A DNA stretch of 64,000 nucleotides from Bugula neritina (Eukaryota; Animalia; Bryozoa). The stretch lies in assembly GCA_964035545.1 (NCBI GenBank), contig OZ037765.1, positions 13,898,698 through 13,962,697 of the forward strand, read 5' to 3'. Within the stretch, counting starts at the first letter, position 1. The number at the start of each line of letters is the position of its first letter. Below the pieces are notes generated by a model, which did no database searches, had not been told where the DNA came from, and was given only the letters and a program-made list of their open reading frames with translations. Position numbers and translations under genes: made by a program. Shown here in pieces: positions 24,860 to 38,400 of the stretch.

Positions 24860-27800
24860 TTATCTATATGTTTCAGCATATCTTTTGTTTCTCCACTGGT
24901 TGAAAGTGAGTGGCTGTAAGCCCTCAAGACTACCACACAATGGCTCCAAAGCAAAGTCCCCATCAGGATCACAAAACATGACAATTGATTGTCTACGTCT
25001 ACTAAAATTTTTTTCAGATATGAGGACCTGATGCATCTAAAAAGTAAATAAAATTAAAAAGAAAACAACGCTGCTTCAATATTCTATACATAGAAAAAAG
25101 TAGAACAACATTCAAAACAGAAGTAATGTTTTTATTCTCATTAACCATATGTGATTAAAACTTTCATTCTTAATTACAGGCTACGTCTATATAAACAGTA
25201 GAAACTAACTGTTGTTATTTACACAGCTTAGTAGGGCCAGGTCAATGTTTCTATGACGTGTTTTAAGAGAGCTCAGAAATATTATTACAAACACTATTTA
25301 CCAGGTACACCAGCACCTAATTTAAACAGCAGACGACAAGATAAATGCATAGGTATAGCACATATCTAATAAAATAGCACTTACTGTAGACTTAAGTTTC
25401 TCGCCAGTACACATACTGAGGAAATCTCCCACATTCACAAGAGCTGTTCCTTTGAGTGGTATAGCCTCTACATATTCTCCTTCTCTATTCATCACCTATC
25501 CAGTAGAATCTTATGTTCTGCATTTCAAAAACTTCTATCATTGACTTAGTTAGAATTAGTTAAAACCAGCTGGAAGAGCTGTTGGCTAACATATTTATTT
25601 CGTACCATTTAAAGTCCTGGCTAAGAAATTGAACAGTTAGAGTGCAATAGCAAACTTGAAACAATACAGTAATTTAACTGTAACGCTTTATAATTTATAT
25701 TATTTTAGATAAAACACATTACTTAAATAGAGAGCATATCAAATTGTACCACTACCATGGAAAGTTCATCAATAACCAATCAATAATAACTAAAATTTCA
25801 TTGCAGGTAGGCCTTTTCTTCTAATTGTTGTAAATGCAAAATTTAATTTTAAGCATACATTTGTTTTTGATGTTTTTACTATTTTCATGAGAGTTTGCAA
25901 GACTACATCAAACTATTACAATAAGTAGCCAATTAGTACAGTTGTTTTAATTATGAGTTTAGCCATTGCAGCTAGTAGTAGAACTGTTACTGAATATTTT
26001 TCACCAATGTTCACTGAAAATAAAGCCAGCACCTCATTTTAATTAGGACCCAGTAATGGCTAGAAATAAAAGTTATCTGGGGAATATGCTTTAAAGTTTA
26101 AAACATAGCAAAACAAAATGAAGAAACAAACAAAGCTGCAAATTTGTTTTGAAGTAAAACTTAGCGGAAAATATTCTGCACTACATCATAGTTAAATTAA
26201 ATGTCTCACTTCTAGTCCGCCACAGTCATCTTGATAGAGAATTGTAAGAAAGCCATAGTCTGTATGCCCAGTACATCGAACCTGGCCAGGTTTGAGCACT
26301 GCAATTGAAAGCAAAGCAATAAATATATTAATCAATTCAACAGATTCCATTTTGTAGGGAATATAATTCAATTGCTTTATATCCTCAACCAGAACTTTTC
26401 AATACGGAATGTCATCCACAGCACAATGAATAAATTGGCAAGTGTAGACACCTGCAAGAAAATTGCTTAGTGATGCTGTAGCACAGGAGTGTTTACTTCA
26501 TCAAAAACTTTATTTCTCCAACTTTTACTATTATAAATTATATAATATAAATATTTATGCTACGTTTTGGTGACTTTAGTTCAATCACAGCAATTAAAAA
26601 GGTTAATAAGAGACCCTAACAGTCATAGGATGCCAGTATTATCTGCACAGAGGAACAATCTACCACCTGTGTAAGTAGAGGTATCACACTTTACAAATTG
26701 TTATGTTTGATAAAAAGGAACATCTTAAGCCTAGTCCAGCAGCTGATGGCTTTATATTTTACTTGAAGTAGCTTTGGCAAAGCAGAAATCATTTTCTAAA
26801 TTGCAATTTGGTGTGTATTAACACATTCTACTCATATAAACATTCAAAATTATTACTTTTGGTCTCCAAGATTAATCAAAGTACAAAGTACTTCACTTGT
26901 CTTGCTTTAATATGAAATATTCCCAGTGCTGGAGAACTTTTGTCAAACATGTGCTGTAGGAGAATATCTGAACTTATTAAATACTGTTTGCAGTGGTGCA
27001 TGTCATGCAAGAAATGTGAATATATTGATTGCAGATTGTTCCCTTATAAGACCCCCCCCCCCTGGAATTCAAACCCAAGATCTCTTGCTTGCAAGCTGTG
27101 TACTAACCATTACACCATAGGGACCGCTGGCTAATCTCAACTCTATACTCTAATCGGAGTATTCCAGTTGTGAAAAATTTCTCATTACTGAGATACATCA
27201 CCTGACCGTGACTGTTTCCAGTGCTTGCTAGTTTATCTATTTTATCAGAGTTTGCTGATATTGTTTTTAACTTTTCTCATAGATAAAAATATTTACACAC
27301 GTTATCTAAAGGTCAATAGACGTTCAATATTTTGCCCTTTGGCAGTACCATAGCTATCGACATATTTTAATAAAATATTTGAACATATTTATAGTTTTAT
27401 TCTAGTTATATCAAAATAAAACAATGTATATTTCAAAGTTTCTATTGCCAAACTGTTTGCGATGTTTCTGTGAGAGACTTGCCAATGAAAATGTACTGTT
27501 AGACAGTTTACTACATCATGTAATGATGACATATTATAAAAAAAGATTAATTGCTCTGTTCAAATTATATTTCAGCGTAGCACAATGAGAACAAAAACAG
27601 AAAATCTTAATAAGTATATCTGACAAGAAACACGACTCATTAAATAAAATGAGTCATGCCTAAAAAGTCAAACACGACTGTTTATGCAGCCAAACTGCAA
27701 CTCATGAGTGTTTCCATGGGAAAAAATCCTAGGAAAATGATTTTTCTCTGGAAAATAACTTGTTGTGACAGAATTAAAAACTCAATCTAACCTTAATTAC

Positions 27801-29793
27801 CTAATGTCTAATAAGCAAGAATTTATCCCCTCTGTACATATACAGTTATATACTTGCTTGTAGTGACTGCATTTTAAGTAGATTCAATATTGTTTTATCA
27901 CATTGCCAGTTTAATAAAGTTCTACATTTTCAATAAAATACACAGTGTGATGATTCAAAACGCAGTCAACTACCTGTAATTGAATAGTTTTCTCTATATT
28001 TTACCATTCAAATTCCTTACCCTATTTACTCTATGTTATTGTCTATCATAAGTCATATGCAATGTACATTCACTTGTCCAGTAAGTTGGTTATGTAGCTA
28101 AAATAGTTAGAAGTGTATAAAAATACGGATTTTGGGCCATTGTATTTCATCTCTACTAAAAGCATATTTTAATGTTACTCCTTAGCTATAAGAACTGGAG
28201 TAAAAAACAAATGCCAACTTACTTGACAAATGGTCAACTTTAGGATAGTTGAGGATACGGAATAGCATGCCATCTCCTTTATCAGAGGCTCTGGACAAGT
28301 GATTAGGGTCCTAACAATACAATACAATACATACTATACAATTGCCAGGCTGATAAAAACAAAGTATGCAGACATCTTTTAGCAATTAAATTTGAAGGAA
28401 TTCTTATTTTCTGAGCAGTTTTCATTTCATTCCAGCCATCAATAAAAATTATTTGGCCGAAAATAAATGGGGAGGATTAAAATTTAATGTGATTATTAAA
28501 ACCTAGTAAAGTATTTTGTCTTACCTGTAAGTCAAGTCCAAGCCCCACTAAGTAATATAGGCGGTGAGCAAGATTTGTTGTCTGATCAATTAGTGATTTC
28601 ATACTTCTATGAAATCCAGGCACATCCTCTTCAGATGGCCATCGCTGGGCAAAAAATTGAAAGATTAACAAATGATAGCTTTAAAAACTTCTGGTAAAGG
28701 AATTACTTCGACTGACAATATTAAATTGACATAATAATGAATTAACTACAAAAAATGTAACATTTAGTTTCTCAATTTTTTTTTAAAAGTTAATGAGTAG
28801 AAACAATCTATATACAACTCAAATCAACAAAATTAATCATAAAACCAACATTTTGAGTTCAGCCTTGCAAACTAATATGCTACACAGTACATAATTCTCC
28901 CCTGTTATATTACTTATATATTTTGGTTATAAAGTGTTTGGCCTCAATTTGGCAAAATATATTTCTAATTACATAATACAACATAAATGAATTCTCCAAT
29001 TCATGGTACAATTAACACTATCCTCCATATAGATGAAAGCTTAAGGTGTTACTATATATTTAGTTGTGGTCTGGTGATCTAGATAGCAACAAAATACTTA
29101 CACTTTGGTCCACTCCAGGAGAAATATCGAAAGCTTCTTTAATATCAACTGGTTTGTCATGATCAAAACTGTAAATTTAAGATGATAGTAAAGTTGAAGT
29201 AGCACTTATTTGGCATCTGAAGTAGATGTATGAAGGGCTGATTTGGTAATTAAGCTATCTTAAAAATCATAGAGATGACATAGGAGTGAGTAAGAATTAC
29301 ATAAGGGTCAGTTTAGTTGGGCAATAAGCAGACCATCGGGGTCAAGCTATTGTAACTTGACCCATAAAAATGCATTATATGAGAATATGCTTTTATTGAT
29401 AATAAAATTGCAAAAAGTACTTTTACAATGCATTGCTTACTGTTCATGCTCAGCTGGGACATATCCAAAGCCTCCCTTGTTTTCTAAGGTTGGATAAATG
29501 TATTTATTTTTCTTATCTGATGAAAGATCAAAAAAGTTCGAAGAATGGCAAAATGCATCTTTAAGCTGAAACATAACACCATATTTAATGAATAAAAGCA
29601 AATGAGTCAGTCAACAACAGATATAGGCACCGAGATATCATAACATAACATTTACCATTTCTTCATTAAACCCATCGTATTTGATATAAGCAAATCCCAC
29701 ATTTGAGAGTGCAGTAACAAGATCTTTCGCAATCAAATTTTCATCTCTCGACTGCTTTATATTTACAATTGGTATGCCACAAAAGCTGTCCAT
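24860..29793 (-). CDS. 2-oxoglutarate/Fe(II)-dependent dioxygenase, IPNS/DIOX_N family (8 coding exons)
   Basis: IPIVNI..ALSNVGFAYI, FFDLSSDKK, GYVP, DIKEAFD, HTDYGFLTILYQDDCGGLEV, VNVGD, STMHQV, RRQSIVMF (HxD...H triad and RxS motif); approximate exons 29793-29656, 29565-29441, 29168-29102, 28644-28525, 28310-28223, 26298-26211, 25495-25385, 25036-24860. Confidence 0.92.
27049..27125 (-). pseudogene. tRNA-derived pseudogene or SINE head in dioxygenase intron
   Basis: Minus strand GGTCCCTATGGTGTAATGGTTAGTACACAGCTTGCAAGCAAGAGATCTTGGGTTTGAATTCC: A box and degenerate B box. Confidence 0.5.
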
Positions 29794-30926
29794 TCTACAA
29801 GAGAAATAATGCAAAATAGAATGCTTACAAATCATTTAGTAAAAACTTGTTTTGAGAATGATGTATGTATTTGTAACTAAAAATCTTAGCATTTTTTTAC
29901 AGTAATGCTATAAACGTTGGAGTTGCATATTATATTTATCATAGCATAATTAAGAAGCTAACTTACTTGTGTAAAAGTATCTTTTTGGTATTGCATTCAA
30001 GGGACAACAATACTCCAAGGGAAAAGTTTCCTAAGATTTACAAGCGTAGTCTTCAAAATTCAATTTCTGATCTACTTCTTTAATGCACACTGTGATGCAA
30101 AGTGATAAATGATAATTTAGAAAATGCTTGCTATCAGTGAGGCATGACAAGCTTTCAGATGATTGGTTAGTTGGAATCAAGCAGCAGACAGTGTGTATGC
30201 TGTTTGGGAGTTAGTATCTCTTTCCATAGCCTTACTAATTTAGCCCAGCACAACTAAACATGTCAAATGCATGCTACAATATTGAGCTGCATAGTATTTT
30301 GACAGCTGTCACATTAGTGCTTGTTTCATTAAATGCACTTGGGTGCTTCACCTATTACAGTTCAAAGCAGAAGGGAGCAAAATCAAAATTATTTGATTGT
30401 TAATCATAACCCCCCCCCCCAAATACTGCGAACACTTTGTTGGTGTTCATTGGCAGCTGAATTTATGAATTGAGGTCCTTCACAGAAGTGATAAATAATA
30501 ACCACAGCTTGCATAAGTATCTTGTAATAACTTTCATTATAGCATACACATGTACACTTATACACATTGAAGTAAGGCACAAAATGCCTCCACAATAGTT
30601 CAATTTGCTTCCCATAATCTTACTGGGGACTGTGATACTAAAAAACACTAATGTATTAAAGATATGCACAATGGTACTTCACCAGAATATAAAATAAGGG
30701 ACATTGTATTTTTCAATATGTAGCAATATATTATGGTTATACTAGAGAGCTTGAAGTCAAAGTTATAATTGTAAAAACTCAGCAGATAAAAATACCCTTA
30801 GCTGATTTCTTTTTGAATGTTCAATGTATAATGCCTCCAAATTGAATGTCATTTACTATTAACATGTAAATAGACAGTTGTGAAATCAGTAAAACTCACA
30901 GCTGCTTATAGACATCAATCCTGTAA

Positions 30927-31270
30927 GCCTAGGGCCACACTGTGCGTATTTTCGCATGCGAAAATTGAAATCACAAGTAGCAAAGGTGTCCACTGTAGCG
31001 TCAGTGATGCGTGATAAATAAAGCTTTCATTTTTAAATCGCACTCGCTTTCAATAAAACGCAATTTACTGGAATGTAGCACTAAAATAAAGAAATTGGGC
31101 TCGCTGAATAACTACCAGCCAATTAGGTGACGACGACAGAGACGATTCGCACTTGCGTTGAAAATGCAGAGCGACAAGTGCGAATGTTTTCTCAACGCGC
31201 ACAGTGGACACCTTTGCTACTTGTGATTTCAATTTTCGCATGCGAAAATACGCGCCATGTGGCCCTAGGC
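30927..31270. mobile_element. PIF/Harbinger-like MITE
   Basis: About 70-bp near-perfect TIRs GCCTAGGGCCACA...GGTGTCCACTGT; flanked by TAA/TTA; termini resemble the MITE at 56383. Confidence 0.85.
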
Positions 31271-31658
31271 TTACTTAACGTGCTAAGACCTATACCCTGA
31301 CTATGCTTTAGAAGAGTTTAAAGTAACGCAGGATTCGTTACGATTGAATGCCATTTCTGGCATCATTAATTAATGTGCCAGGAATCAAATCTATAACTGA
31401 GCAAAAGCTTGCCCTACTAAGTCAGCACTCAAACCATACATGTCTAATACATACTACACTTAGACAATCTCGTATTGATAGAGTAAGCTTGTAATACCAT
31501 CATATTCAACTAAACAGAGCTGCTGAGTAATATGATTATTATTACACACATCCAAGTGCTACCAACTAAAAAGGACCAAGTTTTCAGGCTAATCTAAAAA
31601 AAACTGGTTAGAAAATTGGTGGTCTGGTAAATTTGGAAATGTTGGCAATGAAGACTAA

Positions 31659-31862
31659 CAGTGGGGTTGCCAACATGCGAAAATGGGCATGTGTAGCACA
31701 TCAATACTAACACTTATTATCACTGTGAAGCCAACATTCTACTGATAACTTTATTGTATCTGGGGAAATTGTCGCTTGACAGAGGTGGATATAGCGGGGT
31801 TGGCCAATTTTCAAGAGGGCATCATATAAGTGGGCCATTTTTGCATGTTGGCACCCCCACTA
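31659..31862. mobile_element. MITE with about 28-bp TIRs
   Basis: AGTGGGGTTGCCAACATGCGAAAATGG / CCATTTTTGCATGTTGGCACCCCCACT; no clear TSD. Confidence 0.6.
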
Positions 31863-32719
31863 AAATAAATGACTTGAGTAAAGACGTAGTGGTGGCCACA
31901 ACATCCTCACTGACTATTCAAAGTCAATTCAAATACCATTGAAAGGCTAAGTTTGATTAGCCAGAGTGAACCGTACTACGGATTTCAACAGGTTAATGTA
32001 ACTTATATCTTCAAATATTCATTGTAGAAGCTCCTATTCAAAAGTTTTAAAAGCTAAAAACATTGGAAAATATTGCTAAGTCTAAATGTGTATAAAATAT
32101 AGAAGTTGGCTAGGTTTCACAGAGCTTAGATGCTTGGCATAATATACGAAATCAACTAGAGAAATGATTGTTGAAAAAAAAATCATGGAACCCAAAGTCA
32201 TTTTAGTTTTGGACTTCGAATGCTCAGTTTGAAGTCAAATTTCAACAGATCTTTCAAACCTTAACAGACTATTAAATAATTAAACAAATGTAGGCAATGA
32301 TCAAACATCAACTTTCAGCTTTAGCAATTGGCAAGCACAACTAAATGTAGCAACAATTCCAAGGATAGTAAACAAACTCACTCAGAGCTTTTAAAGTGTT
32401 GCTTCTTTTTTAATCTTCCTAATTGTATTTTTAATAAATTTATAAAAACAGAGCCTACTTTAGTTTCTTATGCGTATTAATATAATAAATTTCTTACTTA
32501 CAATACCATATTCATAGCTTGGCGTCATAGTGCTAGCAACCATCACCATGACACTAGCAGTAGTGGAGAAATTGAGAAAGCATTAGTTCTTTAATTTCCT
32601 TATTAAATTTTGGTTTAGGGCCGGGGTCAAAATTCTAGTGAAAATATAACTTCTTATGCTGCATTTTTAATCTAGAATACAGGCTTTTCTCAATTTCTCT
32701 ATTATTGCATCTGATTTCA

Positions 32720-33460
32720 CTATCACTATGACTTTCACAATAAATGTCACCATGAGATTGACTTTAACTTTAAGTTTGAGCATCACATGCTCATACTGAG
32801 TATCAGTATGAGTATGACTATGAGTATGACTATCACAACAGCATTACTAATACTAATAGTAATACTATGACTACAGTACAACTATAACCATAATCATGAG
32901 ATTGAGTATTAAAATAAATATCAATATCAACAATTATAAACAATAAAACATCAGTATCAGTATGAGTATGAGTATCACAATATCAATATGAATATCAACA
33001 TAAATACAATCACAATGATTATCATTATGAATATCAATTACAAGTATTTTTTCTAGTACTAGCCACTAGGTCTAGTGTTTATTTAGTAATACTAATATTA
33101 TTATTAGTATTACTAATACTAATACTGTAATACTAATAGTATTAAGTTTTACTATTTATCTTTAGTAGTAATACTAATACTAATAGTAATAGTAATACTA
33201 ATACAGTAATATTAATACTAATACTAATAGCATTACTACTTTTAGTTTCACTTTGACTTTGGTCTTACTCCTTGAGAGTGCAGAGATGAAAAACTATATA
33301 TTTATTCCAATTATTATTATTAATATTATTAATAATTAATCAGAGTGAGACTGAGAGAGGGCTATAGACAATCACAATGTGAATGTCAATCAGTCAATGT
33401 GAATGTGAAAGTGATTTTACTTTGAGTTTGTCAGTGAGTAGTGACTGTGAGTAGTCACAT
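32720..33460. repeat. Low-complexity AGT/ACT/AAT tract
   Basis: agtatgagtatgactatg and actaatactaatagt runs. Confidence 0.7.
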
Positions 33461-33779
33461 TTTTACAAAGGGTTTAAGATAGATCACACTGTACCACACT
33501 CCTTTTTTTTTAGAGTCAGAGTGGTATATAAAATTATTATGTCACACTGCTTTTTTTGATTAAGTATGCTTTGAAATGGATTCGCTCACTGATTTAAAAC
33601 TATGGAGTTGGAGGACCTAACTCCCAACTTGAGCATCCCGAGCTACTGCACTCAGTCACCTCCAACTCAGAGCTGCTTATAAAACCATTCAACTAGAAAT
33701 AAGCAATGAACTCAATAAACAAATATCTTTTCCAGTTGAGTGTTCCAGTTCATTGTAGAATAATATATCTTTATATAAC

Positions 33780-34100
33780 CCTTGGTCTGAGTGTAGTGCC
33801 CGAAGTGTACGGGGCTCCCTTGTGATTCCACGTACACATAGCTTCAAGTTTGCGTGTAAAATTTATGCGCGGGAAGAGTTCAACCTTTCATCAAATTGAA
33901 CGAGATTTCTAGTGATCAGCATGGCATTTCGTATATTAATAATATTATTATAATATGTATTAAAATTTAAATCAAGCCTCGCGCGATAACCCAGCAATTG
34001 TAATAGAAATTGAATATTAACCCAAAATATTTATTTCTTCTACAATGTACCTCTAGTTTTGCTCTTAAACCTTAGAGTTGCCGTTAGTGTTAGACGTATG
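33780..34100. promoter_or_regulatory. Putative (bidirectional) promoter between the dioxygenase gene and CDCA7
   Basis: CpG-containing island in AT-rich DNA with E2F-like GCGCGGGAA (about 33866) and CGCGCGA (about 33980), lying between two low-complexity tracts; inference only. Confidence 0.4.
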
Positions 34101-34426
34101 ACTAAGCCGTAATACTAATACTAATAGTAATACTAATAGTAATAGTAATACTATTAATACTATTAGTATTACTATTACTGTTACTATTACTGTATTAGTA
34201 TTAGTATTACTTATACTTATAGTTTAATGTTATACTTATGCACTTACAGTTATAGTTGATGTAATACTTATACTAATAGTAATACTAATAGTAATAGTAT
34301 TACTATTACTTATAGTTATTAGTTATTTACTAATATTAATACTAATAGTATTACTATTAGTATTACATTCAGTTTTACTATTACTATTAGTATTAGTATT
34401 ACTATTACTATTAGTATTTGGAATAC

Positions 34427-35418
34427 TGAAGAGTCAATTTTTGTTATAGTTGTCACTTAGGCCTACTCAATTATTTTAATGTTTGTTTAGATGTAATGTA
34501 TGACGTGCTGATGTAGAGTAGCGCAAAGCAAAGCCAAGGTTAAGATGTTTGTTTGTAGCCGCGGTGTTGGATCGGGTAGTAGAACTGAGTAGTATAGTTC
34601 AAATCTCTATATTAATATCTACTATAACTATTATGTCGGAGTATGATAAAGGAAAGTGTTCAGTGAGACTAAAAATATTATGGTCTACTACTGCTCAGCT
34701 GTGGTTATGCGAATGTAAATGTCAGATTTTTATGCTATCTAAAACTATTACTATTTTAAGATCAGATGGGTATCAACACAGGAATTACTTTTTAATAACT
34801 TTGACACAAATATACGACTTACTTTCTACGAACAATTGAGATACTGGAATTGATTACGTTTTGTACACAGATTGATGCAATCACAAACAAAGAGAGAAGT
34901 TAATAATAATATACAATAGAATATGAACAAATTGAATAATATTTATATTCACTATAAGTTGAGTATAAGTATATTAATATAATATTATTGTAACACCAAA
35001 AATTAACTGCGCAGTTGATTCAGACAAAAAGACAGAACGATAAAACTAACAGTAATTAAAAATGTAGAACTTTCCTTTAGTAAGTATAATATTATAACGG
35101 CTAAGGGCTAATTGCAAAATATAATAATCTTAGAAATCCGAAAGATGGCGATAGCGCCAAAAACAACAATTATATCTATCAGTCTCAAAACCACTCCAAC
35201 AACTGACTTGTTCGAGCAGCGGTTCTTATTTTTCTTGACTTTTTATCATGAGAAGGCAAGTTTTCTTTTAATGGCACATAGTAGTACAACTCCTACATTT
35301 ACATATCGATCTTGATTTTACATATCTTCCTATTTGGGAGTTACCTCCTCGATTTCTTTATTTTAACTCGATGTGAGGTATAGACAATATGCTGTTAACA
35401 GCTGTAGCTTCCTCTTCA
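34427..35418 (-). repeat. 3' LTR of Gypsy 2
   Basis: Direct repeat of 40664-41655, TGAAGAG...CTCTTCA termini. Confidence 0.98.
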
Positions 35419-38400
35419 TCACCCTCTCCCTTGATTGGACTACGTCCTCGTAGTCTGCAGTCAGGATGTGCTTCATTAATGACATAATCATCGTATCTAG
35501 GAGGCATAGCTCGGCTTCTACCAGACCGACGGGGTGGTGTCTGGGCTATAGGGGAATCTGGAGTAATATGGGAGGCATCGCCTTCCACTACGGGAGGTGG
35601 GGGGTGCACTGGTTCGGAGTCCGGCACTAATAACGCTGGGGGCACAATTAAGGAAAAGTCATCAGCATCAAAATACTCCTCTTCGAGTTGAGTGTCTACT
35701 GTCTCTGTTGCTGGTGGGTCGCTATTTCCTTCCTTCTGTGACGGAGACGGTTTCTCTGACACCACATCTCCAACTACTAGCTTTATCCTTCCCTCATGTT
35801 GCACTGACTTTCGTCCTTGTCGTTCCATCTCATAGGTCTGGAAGGGCAGAGTTTTAGTGATGGTGTACGGTCCGACATATTTGGGCTGTAACTTAGTCCC
35901 TCTGCCTCGTCCTTTATAAAATGATTTGAGCCAGACCTTGTCTCCAACTTTAAATAAGGGTTCAACATCTTCCTCTGCCCTGGGGAGCTTGTTTTGACGG
36001 TCTCTTAGCATCTGGCCTGCCGCTTGCATTCTCTCTTGTAAATCGGTGACATATTCAACTTCTGTGTATTCTGGCTGAGTAACCGGTTGGTGAATGTCAG
36101 GGGGCAGTCGCGCTTCTCTTCCCAACATCATGTAGTTGGCAGTTTCGCCCGTGATGCGATGTGGGGTGGCGCGTAGAGTGCGCATAATTTGTGGCAAGAG
36201 CCGGTCCCACGGCCGATGTTCATGACCTATTAGTAGGGCTCTTAAGGAGTTTCCCACGGTTCGGTTCAGTCGCTCCACCACTGAGTTCCCTTGGGGGTGG
36301 TAGGGTGAAGTTTGAGTCTTATCGCATCCCCAGAGGTTACAGCATGCTTGGAAAAGCTCAGATTGGAATTGGGAGCCTTGATCTGAGTGGACAACTTCGG
36401 GAATGCCAAAAACTGCAAACACTCTCTCATCCAGGGCTCTGGCCACAGTAGTAGCTTTCCCATCAGGCAGTGGAATAGCGTCGCTCCATCTGGTAAAATG
36501 ATCAGTCAGCACAAGTATCATGGTATTTCGGTCTTCTGTCTCCGGTAGTGGTCCACACAGATCAATGGCCACCATTTGCCACGGGCGTCCTGCATACAAA
36601 TGGTTGTCTGCTCGCCTCTTCACAGTGTTATCACCTTTCGCTTGTTGGCAATCTCTACACTGTGCCACCAGCCGCCTAACCTGACTGGTCATACCTGGCC
36701 AATACCACTTAAGTCGGAGGGCAGCTAGTACCTTATTTGCAGCAAAATGAGCTTCTTTATGGAGGCTCATGATGACACTCTGCCGAATGGACTGAGGACA
36801 AACAGATCGTCTCCTTCCTCCAGGTCCGCTAATCTTCAATTCGCCGGCCAGGTCTAATATTAAATGTTCTTTGGCACGCCACAGTAAGACTGTCTCTCTG
36901 CTCTGTACCTTTAAATCAAAAGGCTCATTGTCCTGGATAGCCTTCATGAGTACTGATAAGTTTGGATCCTCCCACTGGAGTTTACTAAGTTGAGAGGTAG
37001 TATGGACCTGTTGGGTCATGTGTGAGGGGTAAGCTAAATGAGACCTTGGGATCTGTTGTGTGGAAGTGGGGCTGAGCGTAGGGAATGTGGCCGGAGGGGA
37101 ATTATTTATCACATTACTCCAACTACGAGCAAGGTGGGGCTGTGGGGTTGGGCTCAAGAAGGTATTTGTCATGGGACCGTGCCAGGTAGTTTTCAAACTG
37201 AGAAGAGACGGTATGGACTGGGTCGTCGGGTTCTTTATAAAGCTTTCTTGTCTGGTCACAGACTTTGGAGTACGTAGGACTTGTGGGGTGGGGTGTAGTG
37301 TAGGAGAGGGTTGTGCTAAGTGGGCCAGAATAGGGACTTGTTGTGGGATAGGAAGGGGTTGCATAATCTGCTGGCAGGGGATGGACTTCTCCGAATTATA
37401 CATGGAGAGTGGGAGAGGGGCGTCTTGTGAGGCAGGTTTTGTCATCTGATTACATTGGCGGCAATCTTTGCAGAATTGTCTGCTAAGTCCGTCTACATTG
37501 CTATGTACTTTGCCTCTACGATGTTCAATATGGAAATCATAGGGAGCTAGTGTCTCTAGCCATCTAGCTAGTTGTCCTTGAGGATGTGGAGTGCGCAGTA
37601 GCCAAGTGAGCGAGGCGTGATCTGTACGTACTGTAAAAGGTTTGCCATACAGTTGAGGTTTGAAATGTGTAATGGTTTTAACTATAGCTAGCAGTTCCTG
37701 TCTGGTCACGCAATAGTTCCGTTCTTCTGATGACATCATTTTCGAGTAGTAAGAGATGACGCGTTCCTGACCATTCTGCACTTGGGAGAGGACCCCTCCA
37801 ATACCAACAGCACTGGCATCAGTGTCCAAAATAAAGGGTAGGGCATAATCAGGGTATGCCAAGATAGGCGCTGTAGTTAAGTGATCACGCAACAGGTCAA
37901 AAGCCTGCTGACACTCGGGAGTCCAGTTAAATTGGGCATTCTTGGAACTAATTTGACTAAGCGGTCTACTAATCTCAGAGAAATTTTTAATAAACCTGCG
38001 ATAGTAACTACAGGTTCCCATAAAAGACCTGACATCTTTCTTGTGTTGAGGGCGGGGCCAATTCTTAATCGCCTGTATTTTTTCTTCATCTGTTTCCACG
38101 CCTTGACTACTGACGATATGTCCTAGATACTTTACTCTTTCGGCAAATAAGGTACATTTCTCAGGCTTCAATTTTAGCTTGGCTGCTCGAAGTCGGTTAA
38201 ATACCTCCTCTAACCGGTGAATATGGGTGTCCACATCGGGAGCAAAGACGATGATGTCATCCAGGTAAATTAATAGGGTTTTCCAATGGAGACCTCTAAG
38301 GGCAGTCTCCATTAATCTTTCAAATGTGGAGGGTGCAGAAGTGAGGCCAAAGGGCAAGACCTCCCATTCGTAGAGACCGGATCGAGTCACAAACGCTGCT

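Noticed and set aside
27049-27125. Functional tRNA gene
   Set aside because: T-loop/B box mutated (GGTTTGAATTCC), imperfect stems and no oligo-T terminator; treated as a SINE head or pseudogene
33605-33668. Short inverted repeat GAGTTGGAGG / CCTCCAACTC
   Set aside because: Only 10 bp, no TSD or second copy; cannot be assigned
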